From: a virus
Lineage: Duplodnaviria; Caudoviricetes
Virus record (IMG/VR): IMGVR_UViG_3300048854_000058
Location: 1-28,150 of that record
Length of the DNA stretch: 28,150 bases
Reading direction: 5' to 3' (one strand)
Every line of letters begins with the position of its first letter. The first letter of the stretch is position 1. Of this stretch, positions 15,050 to 25,117 are shown one piece after another. The notes beneath the pieces were generated by a model. That model was not told the DNA's origin. It searched no databases and was given only the letters and a program-made list of their open reading frames with translations. The translations under genes and the position numbers were made by a program.

Positions 15050-16285
15050 TCATACGAGAGTAACGACGATATTATTCGCGGACAGCGTCGGAATCTGGTT
15101 GATATTCACGCCGACCGAGTTTTGATTTGCTGTCGTCGTGCCGATTAGCACCGAGATTAATTCGACGTTCGGATTGATATTTTCGATGCCCGGGTAATAG
15201 CGACTCGCATAAATCGTCCGGCCGATGCGCGCGCGCTGGCCCCCGTCGGCGCCCGTGAAGGCCGCAGTGATCGCTTTCTGCACCAGTTGCGTGATGTTCG
15301 AAGGCAAGCCCGGCACGTTTACGATCTGCACCGCGTACAGGATCGGCAGGCCGGTGGCAATGTCGAGCATCACCGTGTACTGCGGAAACGGCGCCGTGTA
15401 GCCGTCGGTGTCAAAGACCGTCACAGCCGTGCTGCCCGAGTAGTTGCAGCCGGGGCCCTTCTTCGACCAGATTGCGTTCGCGACGTCCTGCACAGCGCCG
15501 CCGGCAACGCACACATACAGCGAGTTGGCCAGCAGCGTGACGCCACCCACGACAGCGGGCGTGCCGAGCGGGTTATCGACCACGAAGGCATCCAGCACAT
15601 TGGCCACGCTCAGCACCGCACCACGCACCGACGGAACCGACCCCTTCGAGTTGAGCGCCACCGACTGCCGGCGGCGATTTTCGAAGTCCGCGCGCGTTTC
15701 GACGTCTGAGCCCAGCACGCCGTCGGCGGCGTTCGAGATCGAATCGCAGCCAGGAATCTGCTGATAGATCTTCAGCGAGCCGGCCGGGCACGCGATCGGG
15801 CCGGTGACCGCGCAGGCGAATGTCAGATCGATGCTGCCGCTCGCCGGGATGACGCCGGCCTGCGTGCACAGATAGATGTTGCCATCCGTCGAGCTCTGCG
15901 CCTTCGCGCCGACCGGGATCGGTGTATTGACCAGGCCGCTGCAGGTTGCAGTGACGCTGGTCGGCTCGGCGGGATTTCGGTCGATGAAATAGATGCGCCC
16001 GATCGCGTCCTGAAACCGGCCATCGGACACGTCAGGATCGACGCCGTTGACGACCTCGAGGATGTCGTCGTTCTTCGCGCCAATGATCGCCGTGACGCTC
16101 GAAGCGAGTTGCCCCTGCGGCGTCTTCACGTTCGGCGTGCCGTCGGCGTTCGTCACGTTCATGTTGCCGCCGAACGCGGCGTTTGTGTCGGCGAAAATGC
16201 CGTCGAGGATTGCAGACTCGTCGGGCACCACCGGGCCGCTCGGTGCCCAGTTGATCGGAGGTACGCTGGAACTCGGGGTCGACAT
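15050..16285 (-). CDS. Baseplate J/gp47-like protein
   Basis: TPQGQLA, QDAIGRIYFIDR, GSDVETRADFENRRRQS. Confidence 0.9.
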   Translation of the reverse strand: MSTPSSSVPPINWAPSGPVVPDESAILDGIFADTNAAFGGNMNVTNADGTPNVKTPQGQLASSVTAIIGAKNDDILEVVNGVDPDVSDGRFQDAIGRIYFIDRNPAEPTSVTATCSGLVNTPIPVGAKAQSSTDGNIYLCTQAGVIPASGSIDLTFACAVTGPIACPAGSLKIYQQIPGCDSISNAADGVLGSDVETRADFENRRRQSVALNSKGSVPSVRGAVLSVANVLDAFVVDNPLGTPAVVGGVTLLANSLYVCVAGGAVQDVANAIWSKKGPGCNYSGSTAVTVFDTDGYTAPFPQYTVMLDIATGLPILYAVQIVNVPGLPSNITQLVQKAITAAFTGADGGQRARIGRTIYASRYYPGIENINPNVELISVLIGTTTANQNSVGVNINQIPTLSANNIVVTLV

Positions 16286-16295
16286 GGTGATGACC

Positions 16296-16649
16296 TCAGA
16301 AGGAAACAGGAAGAGTGATGCCGCTCGACGTGGTCACCTGAATCGTGCCTTTGATCGTGCGACCCTCGAACGAGGTGATCGTCGCGCTAGCCTTGACCAC
16401 TTCATTGACGGTCAGCGCGGCCTGCTCGATCAACGATTGCAGCAGTTGCAGCGGCGGCGACATGCCAAGCACTTCGGAGAAGTACGGCACGCCGTCTGCG
16501 GTGTTGAACCAGCACTCGCCCTGGAAAGTGCGCACCGCGCTCGCGACGTCCTGCGCGATCGAATATGGATCGCTCGCGAGCGCGATGTTGCCGCTCGCGT
16601 CGAGGCACAGATCCCACGTGGTTTGATCAAGAAGAAGTGTCGTTGCCAT
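16296..16649 (-). CDS. Baseplate wedge subunit (gp46-like)
   Basis: WDLCLD..TFQGECWFNTADGVPY motif; position. Confidence 0.8.
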   Translation of the reverse strand: MATTLLLDQTTWDLCLDASGNIALASDPYSIAQDVASAVRTFQGECWFNTADGVPYFSEVLGMSPPLQLLQSLIEQAALTVNEVVKASATITSFEGRTIKGTIQVTTSSGITLPVSF

Positions 16650-16655
16650 GATTGC

Positions 16656-17417
16656 TCACTGTGGAGGGCCGCCGAGCCCGGAACCGCCCGAGTTCGTGTG
16701 CTGGTGCGAGCTGTCGATCGCATGGCCGTTTGAGGTGATCGTGCCGATGAACTGCACAGCGCCGCTGATGACGGATGCAACACCGCTCGCGATGCTGCCG
16801 GTCATGCCGCCGAGCCACGACAGCAGACCCTGCACGATCACCGTGCCGCTGAAGCCGGACTGCGGCGAATTGACAGTGAGAGACGTCGAGGCGTCGATCT
16901 CGACGAGCGGCGCGGTCAGCGTGATCTTCGTCGGCGACACGATGCCGATGCCGGCGGCCGAGAAGCGCACGTATTGCTGCGGCACGCCGTTCAGGAAGCC
17001 GCCGATATACAGGCCGTCGGCCGCATCGAACCTGCGTTTCGAACCCGGGTTCGCCTGCGCCTTCGTGGACTTCACTGCCGAGATGTCGCGATCTGCGATG
17101 ACCGCTAACCCGATGTCGCCCTGCTTCGGATCGAGGATCACGGCATCGGTGCCGCCCTGCAGCCGGAAATAAGGCAGGTTGTACACGGTGCCATGTGGCA
17201 CCGCGTTGTCGCTGCCGTCGAGCTGGTTGACCAGCGGCCGCACGTCAACGAAGCCGACCGGCGACAGATCGCCTGCGTTGGTCACGGCGATCACTTCCAC
17301 CAGCTTGGCCGTGCTGATTTCGGCCAGCACCTGACGGATCAGGAACAGCTGTTCGTTGTATGGCGAGCCGCCGGACGTCGCATCGGCCGCGCCGCGGTAA
17401 CCGAGGTCATTGGTCAT
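16656..17417 (-). CDS. Baseplate spike (Gp138/gpV-like)
   Basis: DPKQGDIGL..DRDIS OB-fold region; C-terminal HQH metal-binding motif. Confidence 0.85.
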   Translation of the reverse strand: MTNDLGYRGAADATSGGSPYNEQLFLIRQVLAEISTAKLVEVIAVTNAGDLSPVGFVDVRPLVNQLDGSDNAVPHGTVYNLPYFRLQGGTDAVILDPKQGDIGLAVIADRDISAVKSTKAQANPGSKRRFDAADGLYIGGFLNGVPQQYVRFSAAGIGIVSPTKITLTAPLVEIDASTSLTVNSPQSGFSGTVIVQGLLSWLGGMTGSIASGVASVISGAVQFIGTITSNGHAIDSSHQHTNSGGSGLGGPPQ

Positions 17418-18270
17418 TGCTGGGCACCGCGAGAATCGAAGTGAACCATTGGCCGTTGGGCGTCTCGGTCTGTAGCGAGTGCTGCACCTGCATTACCGTC
17501 CATTTGCCGCACGCTACCTGCAGGGAGCTCTGCACCTGAACGACGCCGCCCGGCTTGATGGAGGCGTTAAACAGCGTCGTGAGACCGAGTCCGTTACTGG
17601 AGAACGTCGGATAGCCGACCATTCCCGTGTCTGGAGAAATCAGCGGCACGTCGCCGCTGCGTGAACCGTTCTTCGGCCAGATCGCAAGCGTGCCACGGTC
17701 AATCGTCCAGCTGATATCCGCGGCGCGCGCACACGCGCGAACCTGCGCGAGCGCGGTGCCCGGGAAATATGGGCTCGCCAGTTGGACGGACACGCCGTTG
17801 TTTTCGAACGCCACGCCCATCGTTTGCGCGAGCGTCTGCATGATCGTCGCGACGTCGGCCGAGCCGGGAAAGCTCAGTGCATTGACGGGCTTCAGCGCCG
17901 ACGCGAGACCGCCAAGACCGGTGATGTTCAGCGGAGTCTCCGGCGTGCCCTGAAACTCTCCCCACGCCTGCCAGATCGTGCCGTTATAGATCGTCTGCAG
18001 GCCAGTCTCGTCATCGCCGGCCGCGACGAGCACCGCGTTGTTGAACATCACCGCCGAGTTGATCGGCCCGATGGTCGTCAACTGGTTGATCATGTCGAGC
18101 GGCAGGCCGAACAGTCGCAACTGCGCCTGCGGCATCGCCTCCCCGCCATAGACCTGAATGCCGGCGTGCACGCGCAGCCCAGACAGCGTGACCGTGTTCG
18201 CGCCGGAGTCACCGAACTGGCCGGTACCGAGCGTGATCGTCACGTCGATGCGTTTGCGAGTGAAGCTCAT
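17407..18270 (-). CDS. Baseplate hub protein
   Basis: Start MSFTRKRID at 18270 (ATGA overlap); ISPDTGMVGYPT motif. Confidence 0.8.
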   Translation of the reverse strand: MSFTRKRIDVTITLGTGQFGDSGANTVTLSGLRVHAGIQVYGGEAMPQAQLRLFGLPLDMINQLTTIGPINSAVMFNNAVLVAAGDDETGLQTIYNGTIWQAWGEFQGTPETPLNITGLGGLASALKPVNALSFPGSADVATIMQTLAQTMGVAFENNGVSVQLASPYFPGTALAQVRACARAADISWTIDRGTLAIWPKNGSRSGDVPLISPDTGMVGYPTFSSNGLGLTTLFNASIKPGGVVQVQSSLQVACGKWTVMQVQHSLQTETPNGQWFTSILAVPSNDQ

Positions 18271-18572
18271 GTGAGATCGCTCGCTTCGAGGTAGACCAGC
18301 TGATAGCGCGCGCTGAGACCGTCGTACGTCGGATCGGCGACGCCTTGCGTGTCGAAGAACGACAGATCGCCGACAAACCCGAGATAGGACTGGCGCACGA
18401 CCAGCACGCGGTCGCGCGCGATGACACCGGTCACGATCGGCACGTTGTTGACGTACAGGTCGAGATACATGCCCGTCGTCTTCTGATAGACCTTGAGCTG
18501 ACAGTTCTGGCCGCCGAGCAATGTGCTCAGCTTCTGCGACGGCACGGCAGATAGCGGAATAGTCTTCATCAC
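18267..18572 (-). CDS. Baseplate plug-like small protein
   Basis: IPLSAVPSQ..GDLSFFDTQG..YQLVY; position. Confidence 0.7.
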   Translation of the reverse strand: MMKTIPLSAVPSQKLSTLLGGQNCQLKVYQKTTGMYLDLYVNNVPIVTGVIARDRVLVVRQSYLGFVGDLSFFDTQGVADPTYDGLSARYQLVYLEASDLT

Positions 18573-19228
18573 TGCACCACCGAGACCGGGCCATACAGCG
18601 CGGCAAGCGATGCGCTCGGCGTGCTCGCCTGCACCTGCCCCTGACTGACCGTGTCAGCAGACGCGGGATTCTGCACGTTGTCGAACGCTGCGGTCGCGTT
18701 CACGCGGATTTCCTCGATGTGCAGATCGACCTTCATCAGCGTCGCGCCGTCGCGCTGTTCCCGCCGGTAGTCGTAGGCCACGATGTTGGCGTTGTTGTAG
18801 ACCACCTCAGGCATGACGATGCTGTAAAGGTTTGTCGACCGCTTGGCAAGATCGATCGCAGAGATGAAATTGGCGCGCCGCTGCTCATCACCACCACACA
18901 CCAGGCTCACGACCGATGCATACGGGCGCTGTACCTTGTTGTAGGACTGGAACGCGCCCTGTTCCATCGGATAGTCGGGAACGTTCGAATCCGCGCGATA
19001 TTGCACTGCGCGCACGCTGTCGGCGATCGCGACCGGCTGGTTGCTCGAATCGAATACACCCCAAACCGGCTTCGCGAAGCCGAGCGCAAACTGGCCGAGG
19101 CCTGCGTTGATCAGGAAGCTGTTCACCTCGGTCAGCACCGGCGTGCCAACGAGACGCGCCAAAGCGGGAACGCCCGGCAGCGCCGGGACGTTCGGGAATT
19201 GCGGGACCGGAAGGTCTGGCATCGGCAT
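18569..19228 (-). CDS. Baseplate/tail tube initiator-like protein
   Basis: DYPMEQGAFQSYNKV motif; follows the tape measure gene. Confidence 0.75.
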   Translation of the reverse strand: MPMPDLPVPQFPNVPALPGVPALARLVGTPVLTEVNSFLINAGLGQFALGFAKPVWGVFDSSNQPVAIADSVRAVQYRADSNVPDYPMEQGAFQSYNKVQRPYASVVSLVCGGDEQRRANFISAIDLAKRSTNLYSIVMPEVVYNNANIVAYDYRREQRDGATLMKVDLHIEEIRVNATAAFDNVQNPASADTVSQGQVQASTPSASLAALYGPVSVVQ

Positions 19229-21126
19229 TAGCTCACCCCCGTGTTGGCTTGCGGCACCGTGAAGCTGTAGCGCGCGACGGCGCCGCCGAGCTCACGCGCG
19301 ATACCGTGAGCGTCTGTCGCCTGCGTGTGGATCGTGATCGGACCATTGATGTTGGTCTCGGCTGTCGTCGTGCTGGTCGATGTGCTCGACGATCCGGATG
19401 CGACATCGCGCGCACCGACGCCCTGCCGTGCGATTAGCGCGGCATTAGACTGCCCGGCTCCCGTGAGCAGCGCCGCGGCATATGCCTGCCTCTGGCTGAT
19501 ATTGGCCTCGTCCGCACCCGGTCGCTCATATGCAGTGGCATGCAAAGCGGCTGCTTCTGCCGCCGTCCGCGCAGCGCGCAATTGCCGTCCCGCTGCTTGC
19601 TCTTTGCCTTTCGTCAATTCGTACTGCATGAACGCTAGTTGCTCTTCAAAACTCGAGCCTTCAAGGTCGTGTCCAGACCATGCCTTGAAATCGGCAACGC
19701 GACTGCCAAGCCACTGGCCGATTCCATACGCGCCGCTCTTCTTATTGCGCGAAGCCGGATCGACGCCGCTTTCCTGTTCAAGACTGCCGGCAATCCCGGC
19801 CGCCTGCGCGGGAGTCCATCCCTGACTAATGAAGAAGTCGCGTGCAACGCGCGCGCGCTGTTGCTCAGCGCCATTCGTGCGCGAAACAAAATGCCCTTTG
19901 TCGATGCTAAAAAAGGACTTCACGCCGCTTTTCACGCTGTCCCATAGGGCTTCGTTCGTGTCTTCCTTGCGCAGAGGATTCTGATTTTTCGCGCCTGCGT
20001 TGCGGCCGACGAAGTGACCCCCTTCCGTGGAATCCTTTAGCTTGAATATCGCTAGACCCGCGACGCCGCCCAATGTAGCCAACCCAGCGATCGCCGCTGC
20101 ACCGCCTAGGCCACCTAGCGCGGTGCCAACGCTGGTGAGGGCACCAGCAAGACCGAGCAGTCCGCTAGCCATGGACAGCACCTTCAGTGCAGCAAACGCG
20201 ATCAGCACGTTCTTCCAGCCGCCGACCGAATCCGCCGCCTTGTCTGCCCACTCGACGAAGCGCTGCGCGGCCGCCACCGCGTTGTCTACCCATGCGGTGA
20301 TATCCGCCTTGTGGTCGGCGACCCAGTCGGCCATCGCCTGGAGCTTTTGCAGCCACTTCTCGAACACCGGCATCAGCTCGAGCAGAATCGTCGTGCCGAC
20401 GTACTTCAGCCGGTCGCTGAAGTCGAGCCATTCGTTCTTGAGTTTGAGCGCCTGCGCGGCCTGCTTCTCAGTGATGGCGGAGTTCTTCTCCTGCGCGGCA
20501 ACAAGCGCGAGGATCGCCTGCGGACCCTGCTTGATGAGATTGAACTCGCCGTCTCCGATGCCCATCTGCTGCGCGACGAGACGCGCGCGGCCCGGGTCGG
20601 TCTTGAAGAGATTCGCGACAATGCGCGAACGGGCGAGCAAGTACGAGTTGCCGTCTTTCAGGTCTTTGACCGAGCCGCCGAAGCGCAGAAACCATTGTTG
20701 CGAATCGCTCACCTGTCCGAGCTTGAACTTGGCGACCTCCTGCTGCGAGGCCTGCAACGCAGACGTGATGCCCTCGGCGCTGCCGCCGGCGCGCTCGGCC
20801 GCTCGCTGCCACGCCGACAACTCGCGGGTGCTCATGTCGAGGTTCTTCGCCATGAAGCCGAGGCTGGCCGCCGAGTTGATCGTGCTCTCGGTGAAATTCT
20901 TGATGCCCATGCCGGCGGTGAAGATCGCCACCAGCGCGAGCACTTCGTTGCGGACTTTCTGGAAGGAGTCGGCCGCGCGTTTGTTCGCCGCCTCTACCTC
21001 TTTGGCGGCGCTCTTCTCTTCGGCGGTGAGGGTCTTGGTAGCTTTGGTGGCGTCGGCCTTGCCACGCTTGAATGCAGCAAGGTCTAGCCCGAGAGTGACG
21101 ACCAGCGCGTCGACGACAGTTGCCAT
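19228..21126 (-). CDS. Tape measure protein with C-terminal phage-tail lysozyme domain
   Basis: MATVVDALVVTLGLD start, long helical body; QAAGIAGSLEQES..AYGIGQW..R..EQLAF..YERP lysozyme-like motifs. Confidence 0.9.
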   Translation of the reverse strand: MATVVDALVVTLGLDLAAFKRGKADATKATKTLTAEEKSAAKEVEAANKRAADSFQKVRNEVLALVAIFTAGMGIKNFTESTINSAASLGFMAKNLDMSTRELSAWQRAAERAGGSAEGITSALQASQQEVAKFKLGQVSDSQQWFLRFGGSVKDLKDGNSYLLARSRIVANLFKTDPGRARLVAQQMGIGDGEFNLIKQGPQAILALVAAQEKNSAITEKQAAQALKLKNEWLDFSDRLKYVGTTILLELMPVFEKWLQKLQAMADWVADHKADITAWVDNAVAAAQRFVEWADKAADSVGGWKNVLIAFAALKVLSMASGLLGLAGALTSVGTALGGLGGAAAIAGLATLGGVAGLAIFKLKDSTEGGHFVGRNAGAKNQNPLRKEDTNEALWDSVKSGVKSFFSIDKGHFVSRTNGAEQQRARVARDFFISQGWTPAQAAGIAGSLEQESGVDPASRNKKSGAYGIGQWLGSRVADFKAWSGHDLEGSSFEEQLAFMQYELTKGKEQAAGRQLRAARTAAEAAALHATAYERPGADEANISQRQAYAAALLTGAGQSNAALIARQGVGARDVASGSSSTSTSTTTAETNINGPITIHTQATDAHGIARELGGAVARYSFTVPQANTGVS

Positions 21127-21129
21127 GCT

Positions 21130-21354
21130 TCATTTCCTCGGTTTGTTCAATTCGCGCTCGTTGTGCGAATCGACAGCGATCACTTCGAGCAGGTTGTACA
21201 GGTCCTCGGCCCCGTACACGGTCTGTAGCTCATGCAGCGTCGCGAGGCGCCGGGAAACGACTGCCCCGATGGACCGGGGCAGATTCACATACTCGATCAG
21301 GCCGGGGACGTACTGGCCGCGTCCGGAGCCTGTTTCAATGGCGCGGCGACGCGA
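21130..21354 (-). CDS. Frameshift extension of the tail assembly chaperone (gpGT-like), absent from the ORF track
   Basis: The -1 frame after T TTT TTT is open for 74 codons (..ATLHELQTVYGAEDLYNLLEVIAVDSHNE..) and stops 3 nt before the tape measure ATG. Confidence 0.8.
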   Translation of the reverse strand, partial: SRRRAIETGSGRGQYVPGLIEYVNLPRSIGAVVSRRLATLHELQTVYGAEDLYNLLEVIAVDSHNERELNKPRK

Positions 21355-21740
21355 AAAAAATCCATGTGCAGATCGAGCGTTGCTTTGCGCAGCATCAGCC
21401 GCGTGCCGACCTCTTCGATATCGTCATCGATCAGCGGCCGCACGAACTCGGGATTCGCGCGATCAGGAATGATCTGCACACACTCCATCATCTGATCAAA
21501 GAGCGGCTTGGCCATGTCGAACGGCACGCGGGCCAGCGACTTGACGCCGATCGCGGCGAGACCTGCGAGGCCCGATGAGAGCAGTTCGTCGGGAATCTCG
21601 ACGCCGCAGTTCATCGCGGTGAAGAGCGCGCGCGCAGCCCATTCTTCGGACTGCGCTGACGACATTTCGGTGATCAGAAACGCCTTGCCCTTGTCGCGGC
21701 CGGCGGCCGTCACGGTATAGGTTAGTGTCTTTCGTGCCAT
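21297..21740 (-). CDS. Tail assembly chaperone (gpG-like)
   Basis: Between tube and tape measure; GRDKGKAFLITEM..DDIEEV..LR..LHMDFF. Confidence 0.85.
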   Translation of the reverse strand: MARKTLTYTVTAAGRDKGKAFLITEMSSAQSEEWAARALFTAMNCGVEIPDELLSSGLAGLAAIGVKSLARVPFDMAKPLFDQMMECVQIIPDRANPEFVRPLIDDDIEEVGTRLMLRKATLDLHMDFFRVAAPLKQAPDAASTSPA

Positions 21741-21742
21741 GG

Positions 21743-22171
21743 TCAGAACGGTGCCGGGTCAACCTGATCCCACGTGATCTGATACTCCATCGCCTGGAGC
21801 ACCTTCTGCGCATTCGGGATTGCGCGGATGCGCGAGAGAACACCCGTCGTCAGCGTGTATTTCTTGCCAATCGACGGGATGCGGATGGTGGCGTTCGCAG
21901 CATAGATCGTGCTGTTCGCCTTCATCGCCGCGAGCCACTGTTCGAACAGCGTCAGTTGCGGCGAGTCCGGCATGATCGTGATCGTCTGCGGCGTGTTGTA
22001 CGGCGTGTAGCCGGCGTACATGTTGCCGTCCGCGCCCTTGCCGACTTCCGCCGGCTCAACGTCGTCAGTCGCGAACATCGCGTCCGCAGCGAACTTGGTG
22101 AGCTTCTGCGGAACGGGAAAGATTGTCGCGATCGACAACATGAAAACGGCGTTGCTTGAAGTGATATCCAT
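21743..22171 (-). CDS. Tail tube protein
   Basis: 142 aa directly after the sheath; GADG..ITIMPDSP. Confidence 0.8.
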   Translation of the reverse strand: MDITSSNAVFMLSIATIFPVPQKLTKFAADAMFATDDVEPAEVGKGADGNMYAGYTPYNTPQTITIMPDSPQLTLFEQWLAAMKANSTIYAANATIRIPSIGKKYTLTTGVLSRIRAIPNAQKVLQAMEYQITWDQVDPAPF

Positions 22172-22183
22172 GTTCTAGTCCCC

Positions 22184-23671
22184 TTACTGCACCAAGATGG
22201 AAGCCATTTGCAGCACCTGGACCGACTGCCCGTCCATGTACCAGTAGTTGATCGGCGGGCTGCCACGCGCGGCGCGTACCTGCGCGGTCGCGGCAAGCAC
22301 CTGCAGATACCAGCCACGCGTCGAGAGCACGTTGTCGATCGCGAGGCCAGCGGCGGCGTTCACCTCGGCGGCTTCTGCCGCGGACAGTGCGACGCCCGCG
22401 CGCTGACCACCGAAGTTCTGGAACTGGTTGATCGGGTCGGTCAGGAACGCTTCAATCAGCGTGTCGCCGTCGGAGTTGTACGGGATCGAGTTGACCGACG
22501 TCAGGCCGGTCATCATCGCCAGTTGGAACTGGTTAGTCAGGAAGATCTGGTTGACGTACGAATCGATCCATTCGAACTGGCCGCCGATCTGGCCGTTCGA
22601 CAGGAACAGGAAATCGTCGTTGGCGGTCGAGAAGTCGCCATAGCAGCTGTAACCATTGGCGAGCAGGTTCGTGTACACCGTCCCGTCGGTGACGTCCGCG
22701 GTCAAACCGTCCTGCGATCGGAACGCCGCCGTCGCGCGGCCGTTGGTCGCCGAGAAGTCGAGCGATGCGACGTAGCCCATGAGGAACGCCGCCTTGTCGG
22801 CCGGGCTCCAGAGCGGCGCGACGCCCGACATGCTGTTCGCCTTCACCTGCGCACCGAAGGACGTCGGCGCGGCGCCGACCGTCGGCGCGACATCCTGATC
22901 CCAGCCGGCATACAGATAGCGATTGCCCTGCGACACCGTCCAGGCAGCGAACGCCATCTTCTGCGTGTTGCCCGCGCCGTTGTCCGGATCAAACACGGTC
23001 ATGAACGAGCACCAGTTCGTCGTGAGCTTCACCAGCGCGGCCATGGCAGTTGCGGGCGTCGCTGCGATCGCGCCTTGCGACGTAACCGCGCCCGTGGCGG
23101 TCGTGAGACTCAGACCGGCGGCAAGCGTGCCGCTCGCTGGCGTGATGGTTGAACTCGCGCCGGTTGACGTCGAAGTGAATACGAAGGCGCTCGACTGGCT
23201 GTCGAATGCAACGGTCGGGCCGCTGGTGAAAGCCGCTGCGATCAGCGTCGCGGCGTTCGAGAAGCTGGTCGCGCTCGAGAGGTTGATCGCCGTCGACGTC
23301 TTGACCACCCCGTCTACCGTCAGCGTCAGCGTGCCGGTGAGCGCCTGCAGCTGCGTGAGCGTCATCGACGCGAGCGAGCCGCCGCGCAGATAGGCAGCGA
23401 CCGGCGCCGTCGGATATTGGAAGAAACGAAGCGCGCCGGGCTTTTTCGTCGAGTTTTTGAAACCGTTGAAATAAACCGGAGCGAGCGCCGCTTCCGCAGA
23501 AGCCGGACCAAAATAATCAGAAACCGCTTGTGCCGTCGGAAATGAAGGCGCAGAACCAATCGGCGAACGCGGATTATTCGTCAACATAATGCCAATGAGG
23601 TCAAGCGCTGATCCACCAGCGCTAATAACGCTCGGGATCACGTTGGCAATCAGGGATGCTGGGATCGACAT
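22184..23671 (-). CDS. Tail sheath protein (DUF3383-like)
   Basis: 495 aa; [33 protein letters not shown]. Confidence 0.9.
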   Translation of the reverse strand: MSIPASLIANVIPSVISAGGSALDLIGIMLTNNPRSPIGSAPSFPTAQAVSDYFGPASAEAALAPVYFNGFKNSTKKPGALRFFQYPTAPVAAYLRGGSLASMTLTQLQALTGTLTLTVDGVVKTSTAINLSSATSFSNAATLIAAAFTSGPTVAFDSQSSAFVFTSTSTGASSTITPASGTLAAGLSLTTATGAVTSQGAIAATPATAMAALVKLTTNWCSFMTVFDPDNGAGNTQKMAFAAWTVSQGNRYLYAGWDQDVAPTVGAAPTSFGAQVKANSMSGVAPLWSPADKAAFLMGYVASLDFSATNGRATAAFRSQDGLTADVTDGTVYTNLLANGYSCYGDFSTANDDFLFLSNGQIGGQFEWIDSYVNQIFLTNQFQLAMMTGLTSVNSIPYNSDGDTLIEAFLTDPINQFQNFGGQRAGVALSAAEAAEVNAAAGLAIDNVLSTRGWYLQVLAATAQVRAARGSPPINYWYMDGQSVQVLQMASILVQ

Positions 23672-23698
23672 TTATCTGTGCTCCAGATAGGCGCAGCG

Positions 23699-24238
23699 CT
23701 ACGCAGGGTAAGTGGCGTCCACGCTTATGATATTGACGCTGAGAGCGTCGGCAAAATCCTGCGGCACTGCTGTGACAGGATTGTACTGAATTACAGCAGT
23801 GATTATCCAACGCTGCTCATACTGATTTTCTCCGTTATTAAACGGCATTTGCCGCGCGTCATCGCAATATAGCGGCTGAATATCAAGTCCAGACGCCTTA
23901 AATGAATCGACCGCATATTCACTTCTGTAAAGCGTTTCGATCATCGCGGCGTTATCCGCCGAGTTCGGGCCGTGAATATCGATCTGGATCGTCGACTTCG
24001 TCGCGCGCTCGAAATTGCGCGTGCCTGGGTTGGTGCCCGGGTCTGTGTAGGTGTCGCCGTTGGTCGATAGACGCGATTGGCCAAGTGGCGTCATGACGAG
24101 AAAGTCGTCGCCTACCGGCTCGGACACGCGGTTGTCCTGACCGGCAATTACCTCGACGCCCGCGGCGACGATCGATAGCAGGAACGTGCGCAGCGTGGCG
24201 AGCACATTGTCTTCGGTGATGCTGACGGTGGTCGGCAT
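23699..24238 (-). CDS. Neck/tail terminator protein
   Basis: Start MPTTVSITED at 24238; GQDNRV, QIDIHG, QYEQRW; position before the sheath. Confidence 0.75.
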   Translation of the reverse strand: MPTTVSITEDNVLATLRTFLLSIVAAGVEVIAGQDNRVSEPVGDDFLVMTPLGQSRLSTNGDTYTDPGTNPGTRNFERATKSTIQIDIHGPNSADNAAMIETLYRSEYAVDSFKASGLDIQPLYCDDARQMPFNNGENQYEQRWIITAVIQYNPVTAVPQDFADALSVNIISVDATYPA

Positions 24239-24240
24239 GG

Positions 24241-24639
24241 TCAGGCCTTCTGGAGTTGAATCGCGAGCGAGCACCAGTCCGGCCAGGTCTCGAACACCTG
24301 TACGACGAGCCATGTCGTGTTTTGCAACGCGGCGGGCACGTCCGACGTTCCGCCAAACTTGATCAGGTCGCCGCCCTGCGAGTTGGGTCGGTACACACTG
24401 CGCCAGTCACCATTCAACCGCGCGCTGCGCATGACGCCGCCGATATTCAGGCTGTCGAGGTGCTGGATCTGCGGCGCCGATAGCGCTTGCACCTGAACCA
24501 TTGCGTCGACCGGCGCGGCGTAAATCGGGGTGCGTTTTCCGCTCGCCGACGTGTCAGGCTGCGTGCTGCGTAGCAGCTGTGCCGCGGTGTTCGGGTTGAT
24601 GGCGCTGGTGACGCTGTTTGCGATGCCTCTAAGATTCAT
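24241..24639 (-). CDS. Head closure/adaptor protein
   Basis: MNLRGIA..QVQALS..GGDLI..WLV..ETWPDW. Confidence 0.75.
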   Translation of the reverse strand: MNLRGIANSVTSAINPNTAAQLLRSTQPDTSASGKRTPIYAAPVDAMVQVQALSAPQIQHLDSLNIGGVMRSARLNGDWRSVYRPNSQGGDLIKFGGTSDVPAALQNTTWLVVQVFETWPDWCSLAIQLQKA

Positions 24640-25117
24640 CAGGCGGTCCGTCCACGATGTCGTATGCGATGGCGTGTTGCATCGGCGCCTGCGCTGAGCC
24701 GCGCAGCGGGCCGTCGAAGCCCTTCTTGCGGATCGTCGAGGGCGCGTTTGCGGGAATGGTGAAAGTGCCGATGGTCTGCTGGATGTCGGCGACCGCCGCC
24801 TCGCCGGCGAGCCGCAGCGCCTGGTCGAAGTTGCCGCCGTTGCGTTGCAGCGTCACGCCGACGATCTTGGCCCAGCGCGCAGCCTTCGCATCTGCGGTGC
24901 TGCGCATGAATGAGCGGGCCGGCGTGATGATCACCTTGCCGTCGACGACGCGGACCGTGCCGTATTCATTCCAGAAACCGACCAGCGCCGACGGCAGGCC
25001 GTCCGGTTCAGTCGCACCTTCGAGAATGCCGGCGCGCATCGTCAACGTGGCGTTGTCGAGGTACCGCGCGAGGGCTGCGTCGAGCTTTGCGCCGCCCGTG
25101 ACCTTAACGGCACACAT
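24629..25117 (-). CDS. Neck/tail completion protein
   Basis: NEYGT..PARSFMR..PANAPSTIRKKGFDGPL. Confidence 0.75.
   Translation of the reverse strand: MCAVKVTGGAKLDAALARYLDNATLTMRAGILEGATEPDGLPSALVGFWNEYGTVRVVDGKVIITPARSFMRSTADAKAARWAKIVGVTLQRNGGNFDQALRLAGEAAVADIQQTIGTFTIPANAPSTIRKKGFDGPLRGSAQAPMQHAIAYDIVDGPPDES

Noticed and set aside
17407-18606. 399-aa baseplate hub ORF
   Set aside because: The extension overlaps the 18267-18572 gene; the real start is probably 18270.
20027-21472. Long + strand ORFs opposite structural genes (also 22208-23152, 25972-27219) and - strand ORFs opposite early genes (e.g. 2046-3344)
   Set aside because: Shadow ORFs expected in high-GC DNA; no recognisable motifs.
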